A stretch of 64,000 nucleotides of DNA from an uncultured Candidatus Saccharibacteria bacterium (GCA_964596395.1 CAZQSY010000006.1:153-64152), one strand, 5' to 3'; shown: positions 1 through 8,387, counted from the stretch's first letter. Numbers and translations are program-made. The notes: generated by a model from the sequence alone, not told the origin.

Positions 1-80
1 GGTTCTACGGTAAGCTCGGTGACAGGGAATAAGTCGTAACAAGGCACGGGTAGCGGAAGCTGCTCGTGGATTAATTCAAT
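1..80 (+). rRNA. rrs: 16S rRNA, 3'-terminal fragment (gene starts upstream of the window)
   Basis: Contains the universal 16S 3' motif AAGTCGTAACAAGG followed by a helix-45-like GGTAGCGGAAGCTGCTCGTGGAT; the expected CACCTCCTT tail is replaced by TAATTCAATTG. Confidence 0.8.
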
Positions 81-280
81 TGAAAAACTCGGTTCGATTT
101 CGGTCGAACCTTAGTGAGTCGGTATTGTGTACTAGAATTCTGTACACAATGGTTTGGGTAAGACCTACAATACTCTGGCATCTTGGGAAGACAAGAAACC
201 TGCCCGCAATGCTATAGCATAGCTTTTGCAGGCGGGTAAAAAAGTTTAGAAGAACGAAACAAAACAAAGGACAGCACATA

Positions 281-326
281 AGCAAAAGTCGCCACGTTTT
301 ACGTGGCGACTTTTGCGTTTTTTGGT
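281..326 (+). terminator. Rho-independent terminator downstream of the 16S rRNA
   Basis: Hairpin AAAAGTCGCCACGT-TTT-ACGTGGCGACTTTT followed by a T-run. Confidence 0.7.
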
Positions 327-383
327 TGACTTTTTTGAGGGGGGGGTAGAATTAGGTTATTAAAAATTTAACCTAACATATAC

Positions 384-515
384 ATGAGTGATGAAGAATT
401 AAAACAACTTGCCGAAAAGGTCGCGGGAGGCAAAGCCTCTGAAGAAGAAAAATTGGCTTTTATGAAAAGGTTCAATGAGCTTCTTGAGGAATTAAAAAGG
501 GAATTAAGAAAATAA
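384..515 (+). CDS. small hypothetical protein (43 aa, acidic/Lys-rich helical)
   Basis: ATG..TAA ORF not in the track (<60 aa), ending 4 nt before the next gene. Confidence 0.3.
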   Translation: MSDEELKQLAEKVAGGKASEEEKLAFMKRFNELLEELKRELRK

Positions 516-519
516 TTTT

Positions 520-978
520 ATGATAGCAAAAGAAGAAATGCCGTTAAGCTGGTCATCTTTAGATCAACAATTAGCAAAAGAGGGAAAGAATTTAGCCACA
601 AATGCTCATGAGGTTTTGGAACTTTTGGGAAAAAATAAAGAAAAACCAAATGTTTTTTCACTTGAACTAAGATCACTTTTGGCAAAAATTGGGGCGACAT
701 GCTGTAAGTATGTTCAATTTGCTGGAATGGCAGCTGGTGTGGGGGTAACTGTTCCACCGTTCATATATGCGTTTTGGGAAAAGTTTGCCTTAAATAACAA
801 TAATCCGCCGTTTTCAGAAAGAGAAGTGATTATTGGGACCCTCGTTGCGTTTCTTGGGGTAGTAGCAACTCTCGGGGGAGATTTGGGAAGACGTGCACTT
901 GAAGAAAAGTCAACCGAGTTAAAGATTAAGTTAGAACAGATGGCACAACTGGCTTCAAAAACAGAAGGGGTAAAATAA
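520..978 (+). CDS. hypothetical membrane protein
   Basis: 152-aa ORF with hydrophobic segments; followed by a terminator. Confidence 0.5.
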   Translation: MIAKEEMPLSWSSLDQQLAKEGKNLATNAHEVLELLGKNKEKPNVFSLELRSLLAKIGATCCKYVQFAGMAAGVGVTVPPFIYAFWEKFALNNNNPPFSEREVIIGTLVAFLGVVATLGGDLGRRALEEKSTELKIKLEQMAQLASKTEGVK

Positions 979-992
979 TTTTAAAAAACAAA

Positions 993-1028
993 AAACCACC
1001 TAGCATGTTGGTGGTTTTTGTGTTTTTG
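993..1028 (+). terminator. Rho-independent terminator
   Basis: AACCACC-tagcatgtt-GGTGGTT hairpin plus a T-run. Confidence 0.65.
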
Positions 1029-1043
1029 GATTATAATTCACGC

Positions 1044-2006
1044 ATGTCAGACGCCTCGGTAAAAATACGGGTTGGGGTCCTCCGCGGCATGGCGGGGGAG
1101 CATTATGGCGACTCGCTTCAAAAAGGCGCGGATTTGATTTCTTTGATTGCCGAAAATTTGGCGGAGAAATTTAAGACCAGCGATATTTTTATAGACAAAG
1201 ATTATATCTGGCACTTGAACGGCCTGCCGCTCACGCCGGGCGATTTGGCGCACAAGGTTGACGTAATCTGGAACACCTCGCATCCGAGTTTAAACAACAT
1301 TATCGAGAGTTTGTATATTCCGCATGTCGGAGTTCCCGCTTTTTCTTCTGGTCTAGAAAAAAGCCGGGAAATGCTTCGGGAGCACATGAAAAAAATAGGG
1401 GTTAAAATGACTCGGCACGTTTTGATTCCGCCGTATCAAGAAGATTTCGATGCCCGCCCGCATACGCCTGAGCGTAGCGATGGCGGGCGGGGCCCCAAAG
1501 AAAAATATTCAATCAAAAAATCAAAAGAAATTTTTGAAAAATTCGGCGCGCCGTGGCTGGTGAAATCCGTCGCGCCCGACCCGAATATGGCCGTGCATTT
1601 GGCGAAAACTTTCCCAGAACTGGTCGAGGCGATAGAAGACGGAGTAAATCATGAGAGAGGTTTATTGGTAGAAGAATTCATATCCGACAGAAAAGTTTCG
1701 GTTCACTCGGTACCGACGTTTAGAGGCCAAGACATATATCTCTTTTCTCCCGATAACATGAGAGAAGACGAGAAAAAAAGCGCTCACGATATCATGCGGG
1801 GTTTGCACGAGCACACCGGCGCTAGGTATTATTTAAAGTCCGATTTTGTTTTTCACCCGCGAAGGGGGGTGTTTCTCTCGGGCTTGTCTTTTTCGCCGGA
1901 ATTTAAAAAAGATTCCCATCTTGAAAAATCTTGCGAGTCCGTTGGCGCCAAGATGCACCATGTGGTAGAACATATACTAGAGAGTGCGTTGAATTTAAGC
2001 AAATAA
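1044..2006 (+). CDS. ddl: D-alanine--D-alanine ligase-like ATP-grasp enzyme (divergent)
   Basis: N-terminal KIRVGVLRGMAGEHYGDSLQKG resembles the Ddl N-domain [20 protein letters not shown]; central WLVKSV and LLVEEFIS segments parallel the Ddl ATP-grasp core; start moved to ATG 1044 after the terminator. Confidence 0.5.
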   Translation: MSDASVKIRVGVLRGMAGEHYGDSLQKGADLISLIAENLAEKFKTSDIFIDKDYIWHLNGLPLTPGDLAHKVDVIWNTSHPSLNNIIESLYIPHVGVPAFSSGLEKSREMLREHMKKIGVKMTRHVLIPPYQEDFDARPHTPERSDGGRGPKEKYSIKKSKEIFEKFGAPWLVKSVAPDPNMAVHLAKTFPELVEAIEDGVNHERGLLVEEFISDRKVSVHSVPTFRGQDIYLFSPDNMREDEKKSAHDIMRGLHEHTGARYYLKSDFVFHPRRGVFLSGLSFSPEFKKDSHLEKSCESVGAKMHHVVEHILESALNLSK

Positions 2007-2012
2007 GTTTTC

Positions 2013-2092
2013 GGGGTAGAGTATAGTGGCAGTACGCGAGCATGGGGTGTTTGTAGCGGCGGTTCGATTCCGCCTACCCCGACGAGTTAAAG
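2013..2092 (+). tRNA. tRNA-Pro (anticodon GGG)
   Basis: Cloverleaf with C1:G72 acceptor CGGGGTA/TACCCCG, anticodon loop ATGGGGT, T-loop TTCGATT. Confidence 0.7.
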
Positions 2093-2132
2093 GTCTGGAA
2101 AAAATTCTATTTTGTGCTAATTTAATACTACT

Positions 2133-2203
2133 GGGCCTGTAGTATAGTAGTAACACGCGTCCATGGCATGGACGAGTCGGGGGTGCGATTCCCCCCAGGT
2201 CCA
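2133..2203 (+). tRNA. tRNA-Ala (anticodon GGC)
   Basis: Acceptor GGGCCTG/CAGGTCC with G3:U70, anticodon loop ATGGCAT. Confidence 0.8.
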
Positions 2204-2239
2204 CAAGCGCCTGAAATTTGCGCGACCACAAGATATATC

Positions 2240-2313
2240 GCATCCTTAGCTCAGTTGGTTAGAGCGTGCGATTCACATTCGCAAGGTCGGAAGTTCGAGT
2301 CTTCCAGGATGCA
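2240..2313 (+). tRNA. tRNA-Val (anticodon CAC)
   Basis: GCATCCTTAGCTCAGTTGGTTAGAGC 5' half, anticodon loop TTCACAT, T-arm GGAAGTTCGAGTCTTCC. Confidence 0.85.
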
Positions 2314-2329
2314 CACAATTTAATAGTGC

Positions 2330-2400
2330 GGGCCTATAGTAAAGTGGTATTACGCTACATTCGCATTGTAGAGGCGCGAGTTCGATTCTCGCTAGGTCCA
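2330..2400 (+). tRNA. tRNA-Ala (anticodon CGC)
   Basis: Acceptor GGGCCTA/TAGGTCC with G3:U70, anticodon loop TTCGCAT, T-loop TTCGATT. Confidence 0.8.
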
Positions 2401-2501
2401 CAGCCGTTTGTAAAATCTCCCCTGCGTTATATTTTTAGATTAACGCTTCCTTGCCCGAAGTGCTATTATTAGTGGAATATTATTAGTAATATAAAACTTC
2501 T

Positions 2502-3248
2502 ATGCCAACTTTTTATCTCATTGTTGCGGTCGTTGCGATTATTTTGTTCAGCATTAAGCAGATAAATCAATATGAGCGGGGTGTGAAATTCACCCTGGGG
2601 CGGTTCAGTAAAATAATGGAGCCGGGCTGGCGGCTCGTGGTTCCCGTTTTCCAATCCTATCAAAAGGTAGATATGCGGGTAAAAGCGGTAGATGTGCCCG
2701 ACCAGAACGCCATCACCCGCGACAACGTATCTGTCGCCGTAAACGCGGTGATTTACTACAAGGTTGCCTCGGCCGAGAAAGCCATCATTGAAGTTGAGGA
2801 TTTCTTTTACGCAGTGTCTCAATACGCGCAGACGACCATGCGAAACATTGTCGGCGAAGTTACTTTAGATGAGCTCTTGGCCGGGCGGGAGAAAATTGCG
2901 GAGAGAATCAGGGAAATCGTGGACAAAGAAACCGACGAATGGGGACTCAAGGTAAACAACGTGGAGTTGAAAGATATCAAACTGCCCGAGAATATGGAAA
3001 GGACAATCGCCAAGCAAGCCGAAGCCGAGCGTGAAAAGCGGGCCGTGATTATCACTTCTGAAGGAGAGCTGGCGGCCGCGAATAACATGGCGCAGGCGGC
3101 GAAAATTTTGTCTGCTTCCGACGGGGCGCTCCATCTGCGGACCCTGCAGGCGATTAACGACATTTCATCTGATCAATCCAATACCGTTGTCTTTACTCTT
3201 CCTCTAGAAATAGTAAAGGCCTTCATCGGTTACAAAAAAGAGAAGTAA
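2502..3248 (+). CDS. SPFH/band-7 (stomatin/prohibitin-like) membrane protein
   Basis: N-terminal TM helix then the SPFH core (QYERGVKFTLGRF, VDVPDQNAITRDNVSVAVNAVIYYKV, AEREKRAVIITSEGE). Confidence 0.85.
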   Translation: MPTFYLIVAVVAIILFSIKQINQYERGVKFTLGRFSKIMEPGWRLVVPVFQSYQKVDMRVKAVDVPDQNAITRDNVSVAVNAVIYYKVASAEKAIIEVEDFFYAVSQYAQTTMRNIVGEVTLDELLAGREKIAERIREIVDKETDEWGLKVNNVELKDIKLPENMERTIAKQAEAEREKRAVIITSEGELAAANNMAQAAKILSASDGALHLRTLQAINDISSDQSNTVVFTLPLEIVKAFIGYKKEK

Positions 3249-3312
3249 AATGGGGGACGTGATGTAGATATTCTTATAGTATTTAATTGATTCCTGTTTA
3301 TCCACAACTGTT

Positions 3313-3341
3313 TTGTTTTTTGGCTTGCGGTTTTGTATAAT
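3313..3341 (+). promoter_or_regulatory. sigma-70-like promoter (TTGTTT-17-TATAAT with upstream TG)
   Basis: Perfect TATAAT at 3336-3341 preceded by TG; drives a ~110-nt leader for the ATP-grasp gene. Confidence 0.4.
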
Positions 3342-3422
3342 TAGAGAGGTCGCTTAACAAGGATAAAAGAAGAAAATTTCATGTCCCTTGGAGGCCACTA
3401 AAAATACGGGGTTTATCCCTTC

Positions 3423-3450
3423 TTAAGAGACAGCGCGAGCTGTCTCTTAG
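3423..3450 (+). promoter_or_regulatory. 12-bp perfect hairpin 10 nt upstream of a start codon
   Basis: CTTAAGAGACAGC-gcga-GCTGTCTCTTAG. Confidence 0.5.
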
Positions 3451-3460
3451 TGATTTAGGC

Positions 3461-4669
3461 ATGTCTATAACACCGGAAAGCGAAGAAAAAAAAGTTCTAA
3501 ATAAAAAAGTATGCCCTTACTGCGGGGACGCGCCGATGAGTCACGCCTTTTCGTATACGGACGGAGTTTTATCGTACCTTTTTGATTTTCTTCTCGGCTG
3601 GACCCCGCGCATAACCCCTAGGTTTGTCTTGCGTTTGATAGAAAAATTTTTGCGTTTGTGTCTTGACGCCCTTATTATCGTCGGGGCTGTGAAATTTTCA
3701 AAAGACCCCGAGAAAGCGGCTACCTTGCGCTCAAGGGTTATTTGGGATGAAGCCAAAAAGAGAGGTAAAGATATGGAGCAACTTATAATTTTCGGGAAAT
3801 ATACTGATAATTATCGGGCGCGGATAAATGGAAAGTTTTTTTATTTCAACAGCTTGCCTTTAGATGTAGACCCCGCGGGTAATTCAGACAGATGGGATGA
3901 TAAATTTTTCTTGAAAAAGCGCCTGCGTGAAATTTCGGCGCCGGTTCCCCGGTGCGAGAACGTGCCTTTTTTGAAAGCGAATAGACGGCGTCTCTTTGAG
4001 AAGCTTACGAAACCTCTGGTGGTGAAGCCAAGGTCGGGTTCTAGAGGCAGGCACACGACCACAAACATAAATACCTTTGAAGAATTCGAAAAGGCGGTCA
4101 AAGTGGCGAGAAAGTTATCTCCGCATACTGTGGCTGAAGAATATCTCTCGGGTTACGTGTGCCGAGCGACCTGCGTAGACGGTAGGCTCGCGGGATTTTA
4201 CCGCGCAAACGAGCCGTATGTGACGGGAGACGGCGAAAAAACTTTGCGTGAACTGATTCAGAGCAAGAACGATAAAAGGCCCGAACGGGTGAAAGAAATT
4301 TTGGTATCGGACGAGATTCTGCAATTCGTGGGGCGGCTGGGCCTAACGCTCGACGGCATCCCTCAGAAGGGGAGAAGAATTTCTCTCACGCATCGGACGG
4401 GCAGATATTTCGGGGGCGGTACCAGAGAGATGCTCGACGAACTGCATAAAGATTTTATTCCCATACTTGAATCGGCCGCCCGGCTGACTGGTCTGCCGGT
4501 TGTCGGGCTTGATTGCATAGTACCCGACCCGGAACATGCGCCGAGTGCGCAGAGATGGGGAATCATTGAGTGCAACACTCTGCCTTTTATTGATTTGCAT
4601 TATTTTGCGCTTGAAGGAAAGCCCCGAAATATAGCGGGTATGGTGTGGGACATGGTGGAAAAGAAATAA
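3461..4669 (+). CDS. ATP-grasp domain protein (cyanophycin-synthetase-N-terminal-like / RimK-like)
   Basis: PLVVKPRSGSRGRHTT resembles the ATP-grasp motif PVVVKPLDGNQGRGV; Cys-cluster (CPYCGD) at the N-terminus. Confidence 0.55.
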   Translation: MSITPESEEKKVLNKKVCPYCGDAPMSHAFSYTDGVLSYLFDFLLGWTPRITPRFVLRLIEKFLRLCLDALIIVGAVKFSKDPEKAATLRSRVIWDEAKKRGKDMEQLIIFGKYTDNYRARINGKFFYFNSLPLDVDPAGNSDRWDDKFFLKKRLREISAPVPRCENVPFLKANRRRLFEKLTKPLVVKPRSGSRGRHTTTNINTFEEFEKAVKVARKLSPHTVAEEYLSGYVCRATCVDGRLAGFYRANEPYVTGDGEKTLRELIQSKNDKRPERVKEILVSDEILQFVGRLGLTLDGIPQKGRRISLTHRTGRYFGGGTREMLDELHKDFIPILESAARLTGLPVVGLDCIVPDPEHAPSAQRWGIIECNTLPFIDLHYFALEGKPRNIAGMVWDMVEKK

Positions 4670-4728
4670 ACCGGTCGCTTTCTTTTTTTGCCGTTTTGGG
4701 GTATATTTTCCTTGTTCATTTTCAATAT

Positions 4729-4799
4729 CGGGCTGTAGTATACCGGTAGTACGTGCGCTTCGGGTGCGTAAAGACTGGGTTCGATTCCCAGCAGCCCGA
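4729..4799 (+). tRNA. tRNA-Pro (anticodon CGG)
   Basis: C1:G72 acceptor CGGGCTG/CAGCCCG, anticodon loop TTCGGGT, T-loop TTCGATT. Confidence 0.85.
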
Positions 4800-4830
4800 C
4801 AGGATATCTTGTCTGTGTTATAATACTCGT

Positions 4831-4956
4831 CAGATTGTTTCTATCTGCGGCGGGTGGTCGCACTCACATAGGCACATATGTTGGAGTTTCGCCATCACCC
4901 GCTTCAAATGGGAAGAATCAAGCCCCGTCGCTCTAAAGCGACGGGGTTTTGTTTTT
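4831..4956 (+). ncRNA. candidate small RNA or tRNA trailer ending in a strong intrinsic terminator
   Basis: Extended -10 TGtTATAAT at 4816-4824; stem 4850-4856/4896-4902; terminator hairpin CCCCGTCGC-tctaaa-GCGACGGGG plus T-run at 4921-4956; no ORF. Confidence 0.3.
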
Positions 4957-4987
4957 AAAATCTTCCAGCAAAAATAAATTTCTATAA

Positions 4988-5060
4988 CGCACGGATATTT
5001 TTCTGCTGAAAAATTCCTCGTGCTCGCGTCGCCGCGCTCGCAAGGCGTTCTAGAAATTAT
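4988..5060 (-). repeat. degenerate copy (A) of a ~125-nt structured intergenic element family
   Basis: CACGGATATTTTTCTGCTGAAAAATTCCTCGTGCTCGCGTCGCCGCGCTCGCAAGGCG aligns with the copies at 30274-30396 and (reverse orientation) 57356-57480. Confidence 0.5.
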
Positions 5061-5252
5061 TTTCGCTTGCAGATTAAAGTTATCCACAGTTTTGTCTTGA
5101 AAAGTATTGTGCTTGCGTTTGATATGCGGGATAATTATTAGTAGAGCAATAATTATCAAAAATATTTTTCAATAAATTTTTTTAGAAAGAAAATATTTTC
5201 GGGTCGTATTATTGCAAACTAAAAATTAGAAGTTTAATTGCAAAAAACTAAA

Positions 5253-5312
5253 ATGGCAGCTAAAAAGAAGAAAGCTAAGAAGGCAGCAAAAAAGGGAAAG
5301 AAGCGAGCATAG
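5253..5312 (+). CDS. 19-codon poly-lysine micro-ORF (MAAKKKKAKKAAKKGKKRA)
   Basis: ATG..TAG followed immediately by a strong terminator; coding status uncertain. Confidence 0.2.
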   Translation: MAAKKKKAKKAAKKGKKRA

Positions 5313-5330
5313 TTTCTTTTTCCCACTTCT

Positions 5331-5370
5331 AAAAAATCCTCCCCCCCAAAAAAGGAGGATTTTTTAGTTT
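5331..5370 (+). terminator. Rho-independent terminator
   Basis: ATCCTCC-cccccaaaaaa-GGAGGAT hairpin then TTTTT. Confidence 0.65.
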
Positions 5371-5376
5371 TGTTTC

Positions 5377-5462
5377 GGCGAGGCCGGCAAGGTTTGCTCG
5401 GGTCCTCGGGTCGGCCTTTCAGGCCTCAACCAGACCAGCTCGCAGACCTTGCCGGCCTCGCC
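5377..5462 (+). promoter_or_regulatory. long GC-rich stem-loop (17-bp perfect stem) in the secA leader
   Basis: GGCGAGGCCGGCAAGGT ... ACCTTGCCGGCCTCGCC enclosing 52 nt; ends 8-30 nt before the secA start. Confidence 0.55.
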
Positions 5463-5491
5463 TTGATTGAATGTATGCTAATATAAATAGT

Positions 5492-7987
5492 ATGGCTTTT
5501 TTAAGCAGCATATTTGGTGATACCAGTGCGCATTTTGCCAATAAAGCTCGGGGAATTATAGCTAAAATAAACGACCTAGAAGGGGATTTTTCGGCTTTGC
5601 CGGATGAGGATTTTCCGAAAAAAACCGCCGAATTCAGGGAAATGCTAAAGAACGGGAAGACCGAAAACGACATCTTACCCGAGGCCTTCGCTCTGGTGCG
5701 GGAAGCCGCCAAGAGGACTTTAGGCGAGAGGCATTATGATGTACAGCTTATCGGCGGGATGGTGCTAGACCAGGGGAAAATTTCTGAAATGAAAACCGGC
5801 GAAGGCAAGACCTTGGTGGCGACCTTGCCGGCTTACTTGAACGCGCTTTCGGGCGAGGGTGTGCATATTGTCACCGTAAACGACTATCTGGCGAGGAGAG
5901 ACGCGGTTTTGATGGGACAGGTTTACAATTTTCTGGGCCTTTCCGTGGGCGTGATAAATTCGCAAAATGTTTCTTATCTGTACGATGCGAAACATACCGA
6001 AGAAGACAAAGAGCGAGACCAAGTGGGGGAATATAAAATTGTCTATGATTTTCTGAAACCGTGCACCCGCAAAGAAGCGTACGCCGCTGACATAACTTAC
6101 GGCACGAATCATGAGTACGGCTTTGATTATTTGCGCGACAATTTGGCAACCCGGGTTGAGGACCTGACGCAGAGGGGGCACAATTTCGCGATTGTGGACG
6201 AGGTGGACTCGATTTTGATAGACGAGGCGCGCACACCGCTTATAATTTCTTCGGCCTCGGCGGATTCGGGGGATTTTTACGTGAAATTTTCGCAAATTGC
6301 CAGACAGCTAAAGAGGGATACGGATTACGAGGTAGACGAGAAGCTTCGCGCAATCACACTGACGGATGCCGGCATCAGCAAGGCAGAGAATCTTTTGGGC
6401 ATAGAAAATATTTATACCGAAAAGGGCATAAAATATGTGCATCATCTGGAAACGGCGGTCAAAGCGCAGGCGCTTTTCGAGCGAGACAGGGATTATGTGG
6501 TGAAAGAAGGCGAGGTAATCATCGTGGACCCTTTTACCGGGCGGCTGCAGCCCGGCCGGCGCTGGAGCGAAGGCATACACCAAGCAATCGAGGCCAAGGA
6601 AGGAGTGAAAATTGAGAGAGAGACGAGATCTTCGGGTTCGATTACTTTCCAAAATTATTTCCGTTTTTATAAAAAACTTTCGGGTATGACCGGTACAGCG
6701 GCGACTTCGGCTGAGGAGTTTTTAAAAGTTTACGGCCTGGATGTGATTGTGGTACCGACGAACCGGCCGATGATACGTCGCGACCACGGGGACCTGATTT
6801 TTCAGACCGAGAAAGGCAAGTTTCAGGCCATTGCCAAAAAAGTGAAAGAACTCAATCAGAAAGGTCAGCCGGTATTAATCGGCACTATTTCGATTGAGAA
6901 AAACGAACTGCTCTCTGTATATCTAAAGCAGGAAGGCGTGCAGCATGTGATACTGAATGCCAAGAATCACGAGAAGGAAGGCGAGATTATCGCGCAAGCC
7001 GGCAAACGCGGGGCGGTGACGATTGCCACGAACATGGCCGGACGCGGAATCGACATAAAACTTGGCGGCAACCCTATCGTAAAAGAAGAATACGAATTCG
7101 TGAAAAGTGTGGGCGGGCTTTTCGTCCTCGGTACCGAACGGCACGAAGCCCGCCGCATTGACAATCAGCTGCGGGGACGTTCGGGCCGGCAGGGCGACCC
7201 GGGCGAGACACAGTTTTATGTTTCGCTTGAGGATGATTTGATGCGCGTTTTCGGTTCGGAGCGGATTAAGAATATGATGGGCAGGTTCGGAATTCCCGAA
7301 GATGTGCCGATAGACAACCGTTTCGTATCAAAGACGCTTGAGAGTGCGCAGGCGAAAATAGAGGGGTTTCATTTTGACGCGCGCAAGCACACGCTCGAGT
7401 ATGACGACGTGATGAATCATCAGCGCAATGTCGTGTATGACCGGCGCCGCAAGATGCTTTTCTCGGAAAAAGGGGAAATCGAGAATCTTTTGAATAAAAC
7501 TCTGGAGGGCCTAGAGGCTGAAGCAAAAGAAAGATTTGAGAAAATTATCAAGGAAAAAAGAGAAAAACTCGGCGAAGAAGCATTTTTTGAGACCGTTCGC
7601 CGGATCGCGCTTTATACCAATGACTCTCTTTGGATGGAGCATCTGGAAGAGATGGATTATCTACGAAGTTCGGTGAATTTGCGCGCTTACGGCCAGCGCG
7701 AACCGATTGTGGAATACAAGAAAGAAGGCCTATCGATGTTTAAGGCGATGGAAGAGGCGTTTAAAGAACAGGTCTTGTCGCTTATTGAAACGATTAATGT
7801 TGAACAGAAACCAAACTTGCAGGCCGAGGAAAAAGCGCCCAAGCAGACCTTAATCACGAGCCATAGCGAGCCCTCGGAATTAGGAGGGAAAAAGGAAAAT
7901 TTGCCGAAGCATGAAGCCAAAGTCGGCCGTAACGACCCGTGCCCGTGCGGAAGCGGTAAAAAATACAAGAAATGCCATGGTGCGTAA
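5492..7987 (+). CDS. secA: preprotein translocase ATPase SecA
   Basis: DEAD-motor motifs ([56 protein letters not shown]) and C-terminal zinc motif [14 protein letters not shown]; start at MAFLSS by alignment to SecA N-termini (track ORF begins at 5471). Confidence 0.95.
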   Translation: MAFLSSIFGDTSAHFANKARGIIAKINDLEGDFSALPDEDFPKKTAEFREMLKNGKTENDILPEAFALVREAAKRTLGERHYDVQLIGGMVLDQGKISEMKTGEGKTLVATLPAYLNALSGEGVHIVTVNDYLARRDAVLMGQVYNFLGLSVGVINSQNVSYLYDAKHTEEDKERDQVGEYKIVYDFLKPCTRKEAYAADITYGTNHEYGFDYLRDNLATRVEDLTQRGHNFAIVDEVDSILIDEARTPLIISSASADSGDFYVKFSQIARQLKRDTDYEVDEKLRAITLTDAGISKAENLLGIENIYTEKGIKYVHHLETAVKAQALFERDRDYVVKEGEVIIVDPFTGRLQPGRRWSEGIHQAIEAKEGVKIERETRSSGSITFQNYFRFYKKLSGMTGTAATSAEEFLKVYGLDVIVVPTNRPMIRRDHGDLIFQTEKGKFQAIAKKVKELNQKGQPVLIGTISIEKNELLSVYLKQEGVQHVILNAKNHEKEGEIIAQAGKRGAVTIATNMAGRGIDIKLGGNPIVKEEYEFVKSVGGLFVLGTERHEARRIDNQLRGRSGRQGDPGETQFYVSLEDDLMRVFGSERIKNMMGRFGIPEDVPIDNRFVSKTLESAQAKIEGFHFDARKHTLEYDDVMNHQRNVVYDRRRKMLFSEKGEIENLLNKTLEGLEAEAKERFEKIIKEKREKLGEEAFFETVRRIALYTNDSLWMEHLEEMDYLRSSVNLRAYGQREPIVEYKKEGLSMFKAMEEAFKEQVLSLIETINVEQKPNLQAEEKAPKQTLITSHSEPSELGGKKENLPKHEAKVGRNDPCPCGSGKKYKKCHGA
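7956..7980 (+). repeat. 25-nt exact repeat, copy 1 (encodes the SecA zinc-finger tail)
   Basis: GTAAAAAATACAAGAAATGCCATGG is also present at 9821-9845. Confidence 0.9.
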
Positions 7988-7990
7988 GAG

Positions 7991-8380
7991 ATGAAAGAGC
8001 TCGAAAAGAAAATTTACAATCATCTGAAAGACAGGAACTGGCATAATTTGCGCCCGGTGGATTTGGCGAAATCAATTATGATAGAAGGTGCTGAACTATT
8101 GGAACTTTTTCAATGGGAAAATTTGCCGCTCCATGAAGTGAAAAAAAATAAAGAAAAGGTAGAGGAAATTAAGAACGAGCTTGCCGACGTGCTGATTTAT
8201 GCCATGGAAATGTCAGTTTTGCTCGGCCTTGATACTGAAAAAATCATAAAGAAAAAGCTAGCCCGCGTGGAGAAGAAATATCCGGCCAAATTAATAAAAT
8301 CGGCGAAACAAGAACCCGACAGTGATTTGAGTTTGTATTGGAAGATTAAAAAGGAACACAGGAAGAATAGGATAGCATAG
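7991..8380 (+). CDS. MazG-like nucleoside triphosphate pyrophosphohydrolase
   Basis: All-alpha MazG/dCTPase-type motif EGAELLELFQW...ELADVLIYAMEMSVLLGLD. Confidence 0.6.
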   Translation: MKELEKKIYNHLKDRNWHNLRPVDLAKSIMIEGAELLELFQWENLPLHEVKKNKEKVEEIKNELADVLIYAMEMSVLLGLDTEKIIKKKLARVEKKYPAKLIKSAKQEPDSDLSLYWKIKKEHRKNRIA

Positions 8381-8387
8381 AAGTATT

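Noticed and set aside
2266-2472. Track ORF overlapping tRNA-Val and tRNA-Ala
   Set aside because: The sequence folds into two canonical tRNAs; the ORF is a by-product.
5471-5491. secA start at ATG 5471 (MYANINS...) as given by the ORF track
   Set aside because: Alignment to the conserved SecA N-terminus (MLIKLLTKVFGSRNDR) fits [17 protein letters not shown] beginning at 5492. The 5471 start remains possible and is in-frame.
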